This document shows positions 10,332 through 20,841 of a DNA stretch of 64,000 nucleotides, one piece after another. How positions within the stretch are numbered: position 1 is the first letter of the stretch; each line of letters opens with the position of its first letter. A program made the position numbers and the translations under genes. The stretch comes from Fibrobacter sp. GTDB lineage: Bacteria; Fibrobacterota; Fibrobacteria; Fibrobacterales; Fibrobacteraceae. The stretch covers positions 1,120-65,119 of the forward strand of contig JAGAHT010000024.1 of the NCBI GenBank assembly GCA_017626945.1, read 5' to 3'. The notes under the pieces were generated by a model that was given only the letters and a program-made list of their open reading frames with translations, made no database searches and was not told where the DNA came from.

Positions 10332-10738
10332 TTCCGCTTCCCATAGACGACCAGCAGAAAGCTGAACTGGTGGCGTACCTTCCCCAGGAATATGCGCAGA
10401 GTCCGCGCCTTGACGCATGGATTCTCGGCGCTTCGCATCACGTAGGCGCCTGCTACTTCAAGAAAGCCTACGTCTATGCGCTTTCGCTCATGGTCGCGCA
10501 CATCGCGGCACTGGAAGGGCGTGGAAGCGACGGCGAGGCCGGAGCCATAGCGAGCAAGCGCGAGGGCGACATTGCCGTTTCCTTCGGCTCGACGAAATCG
10601 GAGGGCGACGACGGCTGGCTTTCCTCTACCAGCTTCGGGCAACAGTTCCTCCTTCTCAAGAAACAGTATTCGCCGCGTCCGCAAGTCACGGGCGGCGTTC
10701 CTCTACGGGGGTTCTGCGGTGGCCACCCTGTTCGCTAG
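10328..10738 (+). CDS. DUF4054 head-tail adaptor
   Basis: ALSLMVAHIAAL, IASKREGDIAVSFG, WLSSTSFGQQFL; ATGA overlap at 10328. Confidence 0.8.
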   Translation: MIPLPIDDQQKAELVAYLPQEYAQSPRLDAWILGASHHVGACYFKKAYVYALSLMVAHIAALEGRGSDGEAGAIASKREGDIAVSFGSTKSEGDDGWLSSTSFGQQFLLLKKQYSPRPQVTGGVPLRGFCGGHPVR

Positions 10739-11090
10739 GACATTCACCTATCACGAAATGTCCAAGCCAACGCTGGACAGCTTCGGGAACATGGTCGAAG
10801 GGACATTCACGACGCGCACGGTGCGCGGCACGATACAGCCCGTCACGGGCGAAGAAGCGATTGCCTACCAGGAGGGCGGAAGGAATACGGGAGTCGTCAA
10901 AATCTACTCCAGCGAAAGGCTCGCGGCCAGGACGCAGGAAGGGACGGAAGCAATCGGCTACGTGAACCAAGGAGGCTTTTGGTATGAAATTACGGATGAA
11001 CTTGTCTTTGGAAACCTTCCTAAGATTACTCATTGGAAGTATATCGCTTGCAAGGTTCCTGCGGCACAAGTCCCGAAAGGACTGCAATGA
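10719..11090 (+). CDS. Head-closure/neck protein
   Basis: GTG start (VATLFARTFTY), GTIQPVTGEE..GVVKIYS; synteny. Confidence 0.6.
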   Translation: MATLFARTFTYHEMSKPTLDSFGNMVEGTFTTRTVRGTIQPVTGEEAIAYQEGGRNTGVVKIYSSERLAARTQEGTEAIGYVNQGGFWYEITDELVFGNLPKITHWKYIACKVPAAQVPKGLQ

Positions 11091-11557
11091 CCGTTGACGA
11101 ACTCAAGGGCGCAATCTGCAAGTACTTCAACGACAGCGCGGAATTTTCCGCGCCGTTTGTCAAAAGTCCGACGAACAGCGCCGCGCCAGTCGGCACATAC
11201 GTTTCCGTCGGCATTGACGGCGTCCGCCAATATGGCGAGAAGTTCACGCCCCCGCCCGGAAACCACCACTACCGTTTTTCGCAAGTCGCGACAGTCCATT
11301 TCGTCGAGGTTGAAGGCGACGGGGACACGCTCAGGGCAATTCGCAACGAATTGCAGCTCCCCGCATTTATCGAATACGCCCGGAACAACGGTTTCACGGT
11401 CTGGGACTTCACCAGCATCGAGAAAATCGACACCTACGACGGCGACTTCTACGTGCGCCAATGGCGCTTCACGGCAACGCTCAACTTCATCGACAAGACA
11501 CCCTCCGGCATTGAACGGATTGAGACCGTCCACCCGCTGGAACTGCAACCCATCTAG
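11087..11557 (+). CDS. Tail terminator/neck protein
   Basis: ATGA-coupled start MTVDELKGAIC; immediately precedes the sheath gene. Confidence 0.6.
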   Translation: MTVDELKGAICKYFNDSAEFSAPFVKSPTNSAAPVGTYVSVGIDGVRQYGEKFTPPPGNHHYRFSQVATVHFVEVEGDGDTLRAIRNELQLPAFIEYARNNGFTVWDFTSIEKIDTYDGDFYVRQWRFTATLNFIDKTPSGIERIETVHPLELQPI

Positions 11558-11565
11558 GAGGCAAA

Positions 11566-12678
11566 ATGGCCCAGATAATCGACTCAATCGTCAAGATAAG
11601 CATAAACGAGGCGATTTCAACCGTCTCGACGACAAGCGTGAACACGCTTGCGCTGGTAGGCCCCGCCTCCAGCGAGGCGGAAAACCCGCCCGACTTCCTC
11701 GAATGTTCATCCGCCGAGGATGCGGAAGTTTTCGGCACGGACTCCCTGCTCTACGGCATGGTCGAAAGCGCGTTCGCACAGGACGCCTGCCCCGCGAAAA
11801 TCGTCGCCATCAACGCGGATTCCTTCTCCGACGCTCTTGAAGCGGTAAAGGCTGCGGAAGCCGCCAAGCTCAACTTCTACCACATCGTCGCCAAGTTCGG
11901 AGACGGCTCAATCCCCGCCGCGTCCGCTTTCACGGGGAACGGCGGCTGGAACGGCTATCTCGGCGCGAACTTCAAGATTGTCCACCTGGAACTCAACGAC
12001 ACCTCCACGGATTTCGCCTCCATCAGGGCGCTCGCCCAGGCGCTTGTCGCGAGCACCAGCGACCGCGTGGCACTCTACCAGCACGCGGGAGCAGGGAACC
12101 TCGCGGCGGCTCTCGTCTCGAACCGCTGCGCACTGGACTCGGCGCGTGGCAGCTTCGCCCACAAGAAAGTCAAGGGCGTGGAATACGATTCCTATACCAA
12201 GTCCCAGTACGACGCGCTCGTTTCGGACTGCATCAACGTCTATACGGTCGCCGCTGGCGAGGCGCGTCTTTTCATGGGCGCGACTGCGGGAAAGACTGTC
12301 CTTCTCGACAGCACGGGCGAACAGTCCCCCGCGAGCTTCATCGACAACATCGCCAAGGACGACTGGATTCGCTTCAATGTCCAGACGAAAATCTACTCGC
12401 TGCTCGGCGAGGCGAACGACGGCTTCGGCGTCAACTATGACGACAGCGGCATCAACTCGGTCGCCGCCTCAATCCTCCAGGTATTCTCCAAGGCCGCAGA
12501 TACCGACCACCAGTACATCATGGACGGCTACACGGTCAAGGTGCAGACCTACGACTACCTCAAGACAAACTACAGCGCGGACGTGCAGGCCCGAAACCTG
12601 CCGCTTGTCAAGGGACGCTACTCGCGCATGAACTCCATCAACACCGTAAAGAACGTCGAACTGACGGTCACTCTCTAG
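11566..12678 (+). CDS. Tail sheath protein (DUF3383 family)
   Basis: MAQIIDSIVKISI start, SFAHKKVKGV, FIDNIAKDDWIRFNVQ, VNYDDSGI. Confidence 0.8.
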   Translation: MAQIIDSIVKISINEAISTVSTTSVNTLALVGPASSEAENPPDFLECSSAEDAEVFGTDSLLYGMVESAFAQDACPAKIVAINADSFSDALEAVKAAEAAKLNFYHIVAKFGDGSIPAASAFTGNGGWNGYLGANFKIVHLELNDTSTDFASIRALAQALVASTSDRVALYQHAGAGNLAAALVSNRCALDSARGSFAHKKVKGVEYDSYTKSQYDALVSDCINVYTVAAGEARLFMGATAGKTVLLDSTGEQSPASFIDNIAKDDWIRFNVQTKIYSLLGEANDGFGVNYDDSGINSVAASILQVFSKAADTDHQYIMDGYTVKVQTYDYLKTNYSADVQARNLPLVKGRYSRMNSINTVKNVELTVTL

Positions 12679-12689
12679 GAGGCTAGAAA

Positions 12690-13097
12690 ATGCTTGGAAC
12701 TTACGACCACACCATGGTCAACATTTCCGTCCAGGGCATCGCACTCACGCACTTCAACGGCGATGTCGTCATTTCCAAGGAAGGCGACGACTGGGACGTT
12801 ACCGAGGGCAGCAACGGCTGCGTTCAGCGTTCTAAGATGGTGCGCAAGCTCTACACCGTCACGCTCCCCTTCATGCAGACCAGTCCCCAGCTCTCCAAGC
12901 TGGAAGCGCTGCGTGTCGCCGACGAGACGACGAAAGTCGGGCCATATCCCTTCGCCTGCACCGACCTCAACGGCGCATACGTGCTTCTCGGCCAGTGCTG
13001 GATTCAGTCCATGGGCGACGCCACCAAGGGACGCTCCGGCGGAACGCGAACCGTCACGCTCCGCGTCAAGGCGGAAGCCGCTTTTGAAGGAGCCTAA
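12690..13097 (+). CDS. Tail tube protein (DUF3277-like)
   Basis: GTYDHTMVNISVQG, EGSNGCV, TVTLPFMQTSPQLSKL. Confidence 0.8.
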   Translation: MLGTYDHTMVNISVQGIALTHFNGDVVISKEGDDWDVTEGSNGCVQRSKMVRKLYTVTLPFMQTSPQLSKLEALRVADETTKVGPYPFACTDLNGAYVLLGQCWIQSMGDATKGRSGGTRTVTLRVKAEAAFEGA

Positions 13098-13100
13098 ACG

Positions 13101-13502
13101 ATGGAAGCGATAAACTTCAAGGTTGCATCCGACGAATACCAGCTTCTTCCCCATACGGGCTTCGACGCAATAGACCTCGACCGGAAAGTTCTCGGGCTTA
13201 TCGGCAAGATGGCTCGCCAGGGTCTCGACATAAATGACGACGTGGAGGCCTTCGCGCTTCTCGCCAATACGCTCTCCGAGCTTTCCACGCCCGATTTCAA
13301 GTGGCTGCTGGAAACGACGCTTTCCGCAGTCACCGTCGTCACCAAGGGGCAGAAGTTCGTCACGCTCGACAGCTTCGACGCCATCGCCGCGCATTTCGAG
13401 CAGAAGCGTTCGCAGATGTACGCGGTCATGCTCCAGGTGTGGAAACTGGAAAAGCTAAGCCCTTTCGTGACGGCTCCGGCGACGGAGCAGAATGGAGCCT
13501 GA
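13101..13502 (+). CDS. Tail assembly chaperone (gpG analogue)
   Basis: 133-aa ORF between tube and tape measure. Confidence 0.75.
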   Translation: MEAINFKVASDEYQLLPHTGFDAIDLDRKVLGLIGKMARQGLDINDDVEAFALLANTLSELSTPDFKWLLETTLSAVTVVTKGQKFVTLDSFDAIAAHFEQKRSQMYAVMLQVWKLEKLSPFVTAPATEQNGA

Positions 13503-13774
13503 ACAGCTCCAACCCAATCGTCAATGCGTTCAGCGACGCGGACGCGAAGGACATTAAGGCCCTCGGAAAGATAGGTACGCTCAAGGGAGGCGCCGCCGAC
13601 TACGCGCTCGTCTGGCGAATCGTCAAGACGGCGCGTGTTCCGCTTTCCGACATAGAGAAGAACTGGACTTTCGAGCGCATGATGAGCTTCGCCGCCTACA
13701 TCGACATGGAGAACGACTACAGGAGCGCATGGGGCCAGTACTACAAGCAGAAGGAAAAGAACAAGAATGAATGA
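13460..13774 (+). CDS. -1 frameshift extension of the tail assembly chaperone (gpGT analogue); slippery site C CCT TTC at 13460-13466
   Basis: X XXY YYZ heptamer in the correct phase (AGC CCT TTC); the -1 frame stays open to 13774 (PFRDGSGDGAEWSLNSSNP...KNE) and overlaps the tape-measure start. Confidence 0.75.
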   Translation, partial: PFRDGSGDGAEWSLNSSNPIVNAFSDADAKDIKALGKIGTLKGGAADYALVWRIVKTARVPLSDIEKNWTFERMMSFAAYIDMENDYRSAWGQYYKQKEKNKNE

Positions 13775-15689
13775 CGAGAACGAGTTCGTACAGAAAGTTC
13801 GGTTCGAGGTCGAGGACACGGAACTATCCGCGTCCCTTGACCGTTTCCAGGCTGCTCTCGGCAGGGCTGGCGAAACGGCGAACAGGGAAATAGACGAAAG
13901 CCTCACCAAAGCCGCATCCAGTGCCAACGAGGTCGCGAAAGAGACCGCCAACATCGGCAAGGAAGCCTCCAGCGCCGCCAAGGAAACGCAGAAGATTTCG
14001 AGCGCATCCAGGGAAGCCAAGAAGCAGACGGACGCGCTTGACGGCGCCTTTTCCAAGCTCAAGGGCACAATTTCGGCAGCGGTCGCCGCCTACGCCGGGT
14101 TCCAGGGCCTTTCCAAGCTGGTCGGGTTCGGCAAGCAGACAGTCGAGCTTTTCAAGGTGCAGGACAGGGCCGAGCGTGCGCTCAAGTTCCAGATGCAGCG
14201 CAACGGCACGGATGCGAGATTTGGCGAATTGCAGCGATTCGCTGCGAACCTGCAAAAGAACTCCATGTACGGCGACGAGGCGCTTCTCAATGCCGCTTCC
14301 GTATGGTCGAACAAGATTAAGGACGTGGACAATAACAAGCGCATGATGCAGCTTGTCGCTGACTACACGGCCAGAACGACCAACGGCGCAGAAGTGGGAG
14401 CAGACCAGCTCAAGAGCTACACAATGACGCTCATGTCCGCATTGAGTGGGCGCGGCACCATGACGCTCGAACAGCAGGGCTTCGACACCACCGCCATCAA
14501 GGACTTGCAGAAGTTCAAGCAGAAGGGCGGAACCGTCACCGAGACGATGCAGGTGGAGGCGCTGGAAAAGACACTCGCGAGCGTCAAGGGCTTCGCCAGG
14601 GAAATGGCGAACACCGACGCAGGAAAGATTGCACAGCTACAGAACGAAATCGGCGACGTGAAGGAGGAAATCGGGCGCGAGATTCTGCCCGTATTCGCGG
14701 AACTCGCCCGCGAGGTAAAGGCGAACATCCCCTCCATCAGGAAACTGTTCGAGGGCTTCGCGTCCGTGCTCAAGTCGCTTGTCAAGACCCTATCGGAGAA
14801 CATAGGCACGATTTCGGCCTTTGCAGACGGGCTTGCGTCGCTTCTGCAGCTGTTTTCCGTCGCGCCCATAAAGACTATGGCCTTTGTCGGTGCGCTAAAG
14901 TACGCCGTCCCCATGCTTGACGCAGCGACGAAAGGCTCGATGGCCTTCGGGGGCGCCCTTGGTGGTCTCGGAAAGAACTGGCAAAACCTTCTCAAGGCGG
15001 GACTGTTTACCGCCACCATCTGGGGGCTGCAACAGATTTTCAAGCTGGGAAACGCCATAAAACAAGCGTGGAAGGAACATGAACGACAGAACGCCATCGA
15101 GGGAGCCTCCGAGGTAAAGAAACAGGTGGAAAGCGGAACCTACTTCGCCGACCTTCTGCGCACATACCGCCGCGACTTCCAGGCTCTCGGAACACAGCCC
15201 GTCGAGATGGACGGATTGCAGAGAATGGCCGTCAACGAGAAGGGCGACTTCATCGACAGCGAGGGAAAACCCATCGACTTCGCGACGCTCGGAATACCGC
15301 TTGCCGCACGCGAACTGCAACGCAAGTACAATGTCGCCCGGTATTATGACGAGAACAAGGATGCAGCGAAGAAGTACGCGCAGAAGCAGCTCAACGACGC
15401 CTACATGATGAAGGGCGCCGACCTGGGCGCCGACGGCTACGGGAACGGCACGGCTCCCGAAGTGAACTTCACGCCCGTCGATATGGAAGCGGAAATACAG
15501 AAGGCTATGCAGGCCGCTGCAAAGAGCGCCAAGGGCGACACCAACATCACCAACATCGACTACACGAACAACATCACCACGGATTCCGACATGATGGCCA
15601 AGCTCATAAAGGAGAACCTGAGAACGCTTCTCCAGTCCCAGCTGACCTTCAAGACACGCGCCGAGGGCGTAAAGGCCCTTGCGCTATGA
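13767..15689 (+). CDS. Tape measure protein
   Basis: 640-aa Ala/Gly/Lys-rich helical protein with FAANLQKNSMYGDEA tape-measure-like segment. Confidence 0.85.
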   Translation: MNDENEFVQKVRFEVEDTELSASLDRFQAALGRAGETANREIDESLTKAASSANEVAKETANIGKEASSAAKETQKISSASREAKKQTDALDGAFSKLKGTISAAVAAYAGFQGLSKLVGFGKQTVELFKVQDRAERALKFQMQRNGTDARFGELQRFAANLQKNSMYGDEALLNAASVWSNKIKDVDNNKRMMQLVADYTARTTNGAEVGADQLKSYTMTLMSALSGRGTMTLEQQGFDTTAIKDLQKFKQKGGTVTETMQVEALEKTLASVKGFAREMANTDAGKIAQLQNEIGDVKEEIGREILPVFAELAREVKANIPSIRKLFEGFASVLKSLVKTLSENIGTISAFADGLASLLQLFSVAPIKTMAFVGALKYAVPMLDAATKGSMAFGGALGGLGKNWQNLLKAGLFTATIWGLQQIFKLGNAIKQAWKEHERQNAIEGASEVKKQVESGTYFADLLRTYRRDFQALGTQPVEMDGLQRMAVNEKGDFIDSEGKPIDFATLGIPLAARELQRKYNVARYYDENKDAAKKYAQKQLNDAYMMKGADLGADGYGNGTAPEVNFTPVDMEAEIQKAMQAAAKSAKGDTNITNIDYTNNITTDSDMMAKLIKENLRTLLQSQLTFKTRAEGVKALAL

Positions 15690-16441
15690 TTGGAATACTA
15701 AACATCGCCCAACAGGCGTATTCACGCTACAGCCACCCGCCCCGAGCCATTCCCGCCTCGCTGTTCATGCGCAACGAGGAATTTGGGCTTGCCACGAAGG
15801 ACGGGGACGGCAACTACATCTATACGAACATTCCCTTCGACCTGCTCATTGACGAAAGCCACGAACTGGATTTCGACATTACAGACCATGCCGTGGAAAA
15901 CGGGTCCACCATCAGCGACCATGTGCAGCAGCGGCTCCGCACTGTCAAGATTACGGGAATGTTCACGAACCACCCGCTGAATGCATCCGCCGGATTCGTT
16001 GACGACAACGGAGAACTTACGGGCAAGTCGTGGCGAGAAAACCGCGTTGAAATCGACAACGCCCCCGCCATCACGAACACGGCGCTTTCCAGGTGGGAGG
16101 TGCTGACGAAATGCGCTAAGAGCCGCAAGAAGGTGCGCGTCATTACCAGCCTGGAAGTCTATGAGGAAATGGTCATTGAGAACCTCAAGGCGGACAGGGG
16201 CGCGGAGGACGGCGAGGCAATCAAGTTCTCCATGACCTTGCGCGAGATACGCACGGCCACCTTCGCAAGCGACAACATCACGGGCGAATGGGACGCGCCG
16301 CAGCCGCCACAACAGAATACAGCCGCAGAGCAGGCCATGTCAAGGAAGGCAAACGCTGGCAACGTATCGGGCGACGCGAGCGAGACAGCACAGGAAGCGG
16401 CGGCGAAGATGGACGAATCGCTCGGGAGGGACTACCAGTGA
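15686..16441 (+). CDS. Baseplate tube-initiator (Dit-like) protein
   Basis: FDLLIDESHEL..ITDHAVENGSTISDH motif; follows the tape measure. Confidence 0.75.
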   Translation: MIGILNIAQQAYSRYSHPPRAIPASLFMRNEEFGLATKDGDGNYIYTNIPFDLLIDESHELDFDITDHAVENGSTISDHVQQRLRTVKITGMFTNHPLNASAGFVDDNGELTGKSWRENRVEIDNAPAITNTALSRWEVLTKCAKSRKKVRVITSLEVYEEMVIENLKADRGAEDGEAIKFSMTLREIRTATFASDNITGEWDAPQPPQQNTAAEQAMSRKANAGNVSGDASETAQEAAAKMDESLGRDYQ

Positions 16442-16782
16442 TTAAGATTCCCGTGAATACGAACAACGGTTCATATCTTGTTGAAAAGGTGAATATCGAA
16501 GGGACGATGCTCAACATCCGTCTCTTGTGGAACTGGCGCGACGGCTTCTGGTATGGTGACTTCGAGACGGTCAACGGCAAGCGTTGCGGCATCAGGCTCG
16601 TTCCTAATTCGCGGCTTCTGCGTTCCCACAACAACGTCCTCGAAAACGGCGAGCTTGCAATCTTCAAGCGCGAAAAGACCTGCGCGGAGCCGCTGAACCA
16701 CGACAACCTGGGGAAAGCGTATATACTCCATTACCTGACGAAGGATGACGTAAACGTATTCATAGAGGCGGGGATGCTCTGA
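16438..16782 (+). CDS. Small baseplate protein
   Basis: GTG start (VIKIPVNT), LLWNWRDGFWY; coupled to both neighbours. Confidence 0.65.
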   Translation: MIKIPVNTNNGSYLVEKVNIEGTMLNIRLLWNWRDGFWYGDFETVNGKRCGIRLVPNSRLLRSHNNVLENGELAIFKREKTCAEPLNHDNLGKAYILHYLTKDDVNVFIEAGML

Positions 16783-17780
16783 TGGCTTTCAGACGCGTTA
16801 TCCACCTGTATGTCGGCAAGTTCGCTGTCGGAAACCTGACCTCGCAAAACTCGAAGGACTTTTCTCAGTTCGACATAGAGTTCGAGGTGACGCGCTCAAT
16901 CGAGTGGTACGACAACGAGGCGACCATCACCATCTACAACCCCTCCCCGGAAGCGATAAACTTCATCATGAGCGAGGGAAACAGCGTCCTTCTCCAGGCT
17001 GGCTACGAGGATGAAACCGTCGGCAACATATTCGTCGGACAAATCGGCATGGCCGTTCCCAGGCGCGTCGGCAGCGACGTAGAACTTGTCATTACCTGCG
17101 TCTCGGCGCGTGGGACATTCTACCAACTTGCAAGGTTGAATTGTGCAATCCAGTTCGACAGCTCCGCCACAGTCAAGAAATGCTTGCAGGAGCTATGTGA
17201 CTATGCGGGAACGGCATTACGCGCCGGAAGTCAGAAGGAACTTTCCCAGCCCATCGAAACGGAGTTCTGCATTTCCGGCACCTTCAAGCAGGCGGTCTGT
17301 TCTTTCCGCGACAACATTCTTATTCCCAAGTTCGGGCTGCACCTTTATTTCGACAATAACGAAATGATTGTGGTGAACAGCGACGAAAAGAGCATCGAGG
17401 TGGAAGAAATCTCGCTGGACTTTAAAAGCGGATTGCTTCAGGCGGAAGAAATACGCGACGAGAGCCTGAACAAGGTCAACTTCGCGGACGACCCGTCCTA
17501 TTATCTTTTCTCGCAGAACGAGGCGGACGAACCCAGCCAACAGAAGAAGCCAAGCAAGGAAATAGACCGCACGCGCAAAATCCACTTTACTGCGCTTATC
17601 TCACCCAAGTACGCGCCGAACGTATTCGTGCGCATGGACTCAAGCAAAGGCGACTCCTACGACAGCGTAGGTTCGATGGCGATAAAGGGCGACTTCATCA
17701 TCACGGAATGTACTTTCAGAGGCTCCAACATGGGCAGCGACTTCACCGTCGAATGTGACGCGAGGGAGGTGAACTGGTAA
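16782..17780 (+). CDS. Baseplate hub protein
   Basis: FDIEFEVTRS..ATITIYNPS, LQAGYEDE..GNIFVGQI. Confidence 0.75.
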   Translation: MAFRRVIHLYVGKFAVGNLTSQNSKDFSQFDIEFEVTRSIEWYDNEATITIYNPSPEAINFIMSEGNSVLLQAGYEDETVGNIFVGQIGMAVPRRVGSDVELVITCVSARGTFYQLARLNCAIQFDSSATVKKCLQELCDYAGTALRAGSQKELSQPIETEFCISGTFKQAVCSFRDNILIPKFGLHLYFDNNEMIVVNSDEKSIEVEEISLDFKSGLLQAEEIRDESLNKVNFADDPSYYLFSQNEADEPSQQKKPSKEIDRTRKIHFTALISPKYAPNVFVRMDSSKGDSYDSVGSMAIKGDFIITECTFRGSNMGSDFTVECDAREVNW

Positions 17781-18457
17781 TGGCCAACAGCATCGCGAAA
17801 CTGCTGGACAGTTTCTTCGACAACAAGATGGAAGATTTCGAGACGGCCTTTCCCGCCGCAATCGAGAGCGTCAACGACGACGGAACGGTCAATGTACGCC
17901 CCAGCGTGAGGAACTGTCTGCGAAATATGCAGATGGAGCCAAACATGAAGGACGGGAAGCTCATGGTGATAAAGAACGTCCCCGTGCTATGGGCAGGAAC
18001 AAAGACCGTCCACATTGAATACGAACTCGACCAGGGCGACACCGTTCTCTGCATCAGTTCCAGCAGGGACATTCGCAACTGGAAGAAGGAAAGCTGGAAC
18101 GAAAAGGCGCATGACCCCGTGAGTTTTTCGGGAAACGACCTGCTGAACCTTCTAGCGATTCCGTTCAGGCGCGTCCAGGAAAGTGCGGCGACGGTCATAA
18201 GCATCGACCGAGAAGGAAACGTAACAGTCAAGGCAAGCGAAGTAAAACTGGATGCCGAAAATGTCACGATAACAGGCAAACTGGCCGTGAACGGGGATAT
18301 TTCAAGCGCGGGGAACATCGCGAGCGATGGGCAGATAGAAGCCAGTGGCAAGGTCAAAGGTTCGGATTTCGCTACGCCGACGCTCTCTTTCAGCAAACAT
18401 ATGCATCCGACAGCGGCCCAGGGTGCACCTTCCGGGCCTCAACCGCTTGCGCCATGA
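17780..18457 (+). CDS. Baseplate central spike (Gp138/gpV-like)
   Basis: N-terminal OB-like TAFPAAIESVNDDGTVNVRP, beta-helix-like repeats, C-terminal KHMH (HxH metal-binding apex). Confidence 0.8.
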   Translation: MANSIAKLLDSFFDNKMEDFETAFPAAIESVNDDGTVNVRPSVRNCLRNMQMEPNMKDGKLMVIKNVPVLWAGTKTVHIEYELDQGDTVLCISSSRDIRNWKKESWNEKAHDPVSFSGNDLLNLLAIPFRRVQESAATVISIDREGNVTVKASEVKLDAENVTITGKLAVNGDISSAGNIASDGQIEASGKVKGSDFATPTLSFSKHMHPTAAQGAPSGPQPLAP

Positions 18458-18487
18458 AGCATGAATTAGGTATATTGCTATATACCT

Positions 18488-20020
18488 ATGTTCGATAAAT
18501 TCCAAAAGCCTTGTTGCATTGAATTTTATAATGCTTATGACTCCATTTTAAAAAACATTGGATTTCATATGCAATTTTTTTCTTTCCTTAAAACAAAATT
18601 CGATAAAATTCAATCAACAAAGCACGCCCATAAGGCCGTTATTGAAATATTTATTGAATATATCAGGTCCGAGGTGTTTGACACACAAATCAATTTAGCA
18701 GACGAAACAAAGAAAAGAAGTATTCTTTCAAAAAAAATTTTTGACTTTTGTTATCGCTATTTTACTAAGGGTTCTGCAACTCCTTCCGACCCGCGTGAAT
18801 TAAACAAATCGTTATTTAAATCAGAAATCAAATGCCTAAAACTATTTGACAATGTGCAACTTTGTTTACATGAAGAAGATTTTTCCTCCGATGACAAAAA
18901 AATGCTTCATTATTTAATCGAAGAATTTATTTTCATTCGAGCTTTTTCATCATTTATATCCAAATACAAAAATACGGAATCCATAGATTTTTTCAAACGT
19001 TTTTTCTTCGTTTATCCTTTCGATAGAAAAGACATTCCCTCTGAACGCAATAAAGAATGGATTGACAACCACGTTCAAAAATTTGAAACCATTAAAAATT
19101 ATATAACTTCTCCTGCAAATGAATTAAAAAATGTTCGCGAATGGTTTAAAGAACAACTGGAAAAAATAGACTTTGCTTCGCTTAGCGAGGAAAATAAATC
19201 TTTCTTCGTTAAGGAAATGTTTGTCACCTTTGGCAATATTTCTGACGAGAAAACCGGAGATGCTAAAGGTTTCCGCATTCCATTAAATCATTTATTCTAT
19301 CTAGGTCGATATTATAATGTACATCAACTTCCTTTGCGTTATGTAAAAAAAGAAAGGACCATATTAGAAAGTATCGCGCACGAAACATGGCGGCGTGTTT
19401 GCAAATTCAAAATAACGCCAAAAGATGAAATTGAAGAAGCAAAAAGAAAAAACAGTTCAGGAAAAATGTCTGAACCGAGCGAAAAAGAACTCTATGACAA
19501 AAAAGCTCCTAAAGTTGACATAGACCGCTTAATGAAACAGTTTCCTCAAGCTGTTCCATTACAGCAGGGAGACGATTACGAAACTGTAGTAACCAAATTT
19601 ATTTCTAGCATAGACGTTTCAAAAATCCCTGATATAAAATCAGCGGAAGAAATTCCTGCATTTGTTTCAGATTCACTAAGTTCTTTAGGAATAAATGAAG
19701 GAATGATTAATCTTATTTCCAGCTTAGGCGACATAGAAATCCCGAAAATAAATAATTCGAGTGAGATTCCAGAACATATCGTTGAAGTATTAGGTTCATT
19801 GAGTGGAAAAGGTGTAATTAGTGCTGATTACAGAGGCAATATCAAAAATCAAAAAACCGACTTTTTAAGAATAGTTGGAGATGCAAGTTTGTCGCTTTCC
19901 CCAAAACTATCTGTCCAAAAACTAGTCGGCTTACTAACTCACTTTGACATGTACAAGCCTCAGCAATCTCTACAAGAAATGGAGCAAATAATGAAGAAAA
20001 CTATTCAAATGTTGGTTTAG
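18488..20020 (+). CDS. AT-rich hypothetical moron protein (510 aa)
   Basis: Long open frame with strongly AT-rich composition inside the tail operon; no motif recognised. Confidence 0.75.
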   Translation: MFDKFQKPCCIEFYNAYDSILKNIGFHMQFFSFLKTKFDKIQSTKHAHKAVIEIFIEYIRSEVFDTQINLADETKKRSILSKKIFDFCYRYFTKGSATPSDPRELNKSLFKSEIKCLKLFDNVQLCLHEEDFSSDDKKMLHYLIEEFIFIRAFSSFISKYKNTESIDFFKRFFFVYPFDRKDIPSERNKEWIDNHVQKFETIKNYITSPANELKNVREWFKEQLEKIDFASLSEENKSFFVKEMFVTFGNISDEKTGDAKGFRIPLNHLFYLGRYYNVHQLPLRYVKKERTILESIAHETWRRVCKFKITPKDEIEEAKRKNSSGKMSEPSEKELYDKKAPKVDIDRLMKQFPQAVPLQQGDDYETVVTKFISSIDVSKIPDIKSAEEIPAFVSDSLSSLGINEGMINLISSLGDIEIPKINNSSEIPEHIVEVLGSLSGKGVISADYRGNIKNQKTDFLRIVGDASLSLSPKLSVQKLVGLLTHFDMYKPQQSLQEMEQIMKKTIQMLV

Positions 20021-20344
20021 TTTCATTTTTCACATACCCCCGTTTTTTTTTCATTTTTTCTTCTTCCCCATCTTTTTTTCTCTTACCCTTTTTTTTTGAT
20101 TTTTTCCACTGCTGTAAACACCTTGTGCCGCAAAAGCGAACAAGGTATTTTTGTTTTTGCATCGAGGACAATTTCGTCTAAGATGAAAAAAAGAGGATTA
20201 TTACTATGAAACCAGAAGACAACATCAGCAATATGCAGAATGGAAACTGGAAAACTCCGGGAACCAACAAACAATGGGATGATGCCCAAACGAATCGCAA
20301 TCGCCAACTCCAAGAAGCTAGAGCGAGGAAAGGAGGTAAGTAGA

Positions 20345-20515
20345 GTGTGTTCGTGTTGTGGTAAGGACGGGAAAAAGAAGAACCTTTACCTTAGCGAATA
20401 CGATGCTAACGCAGTCGCCAACGAACGTAGAATAGCAACCGGCATCACGATGCACGTTTATCGTTGTCCAGAAGGTCACGGATGGCACATAACGAGCAAT
20501 CAAAGGCAATGGTAA
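20345..20515 (+). CDS. Small Cys/His-rich protein (probable Zn-binding); alternative start 20240
   Basis: AGGAGG RBS then GTG at 20345; CSCCGK...YRCPEGHGWH. A 45-aa ORF at 20206-20343 ends just upstream. Confidence 0.55.
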   Translation: MCSCCGKDGKKKNLYLSEYDANAVANERRIATGITMHVYRCPEGHGWHITSNQRQW

Positions 20516-20523
20516 GGCCAAGT

Positions 20524-20558
20524 AAAAGAGGCGTCGCTTAACAGCGGCGCCTTTTTCT
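20524..20558. terminator. Bidirectional intrinsic terminator
   Basis: AAAAGAGGCGTCGCT-TAAC-AGCGGCGCC-TTTTT between convergent ORFs. Confidence 0.7.
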
Positions 20559-20574
20559 CATTCTTTAAATTCCA

Positions 20575-20841
20575 CTAAACGAAGCCTTCCGCTTCGGCAA
20601 TCTTCGCAATATGAAGCAGCAGCTCACGCATCGTCGTGAATTTGGCTATTGTTTCCGCTTCATCGACCAGGTGCTTATCGAATACGGCGCGAGGCACACC
20701 GTCAGAATAGCTTTCGATGGCATCGTCCAAAAGGCCAACCTTACTTCTATGCCACGCGGAGAAATAATCCTTCGCCCAGCTGTACGTTCCTTTTTCCAGC
20801 TTGAGCTTCTTGGTGATATTCTCGTAAAGCGTATTTGCCAT
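20575..20841 (-). CDS. Hypothetical protein (88 aa)
   Basis: ATG with purine-rich RBS; ends at the bidirectional terminator. Confidence 0.6.
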   Translation of the reverse strand: MANTLYENITKKLKLEKGTYSWAKDYFSAWHRSKVGLLDDAIESYSDGVPRAVFDKHLVDEAETIAKFTTMRELLLHIAKIAEAEGFV

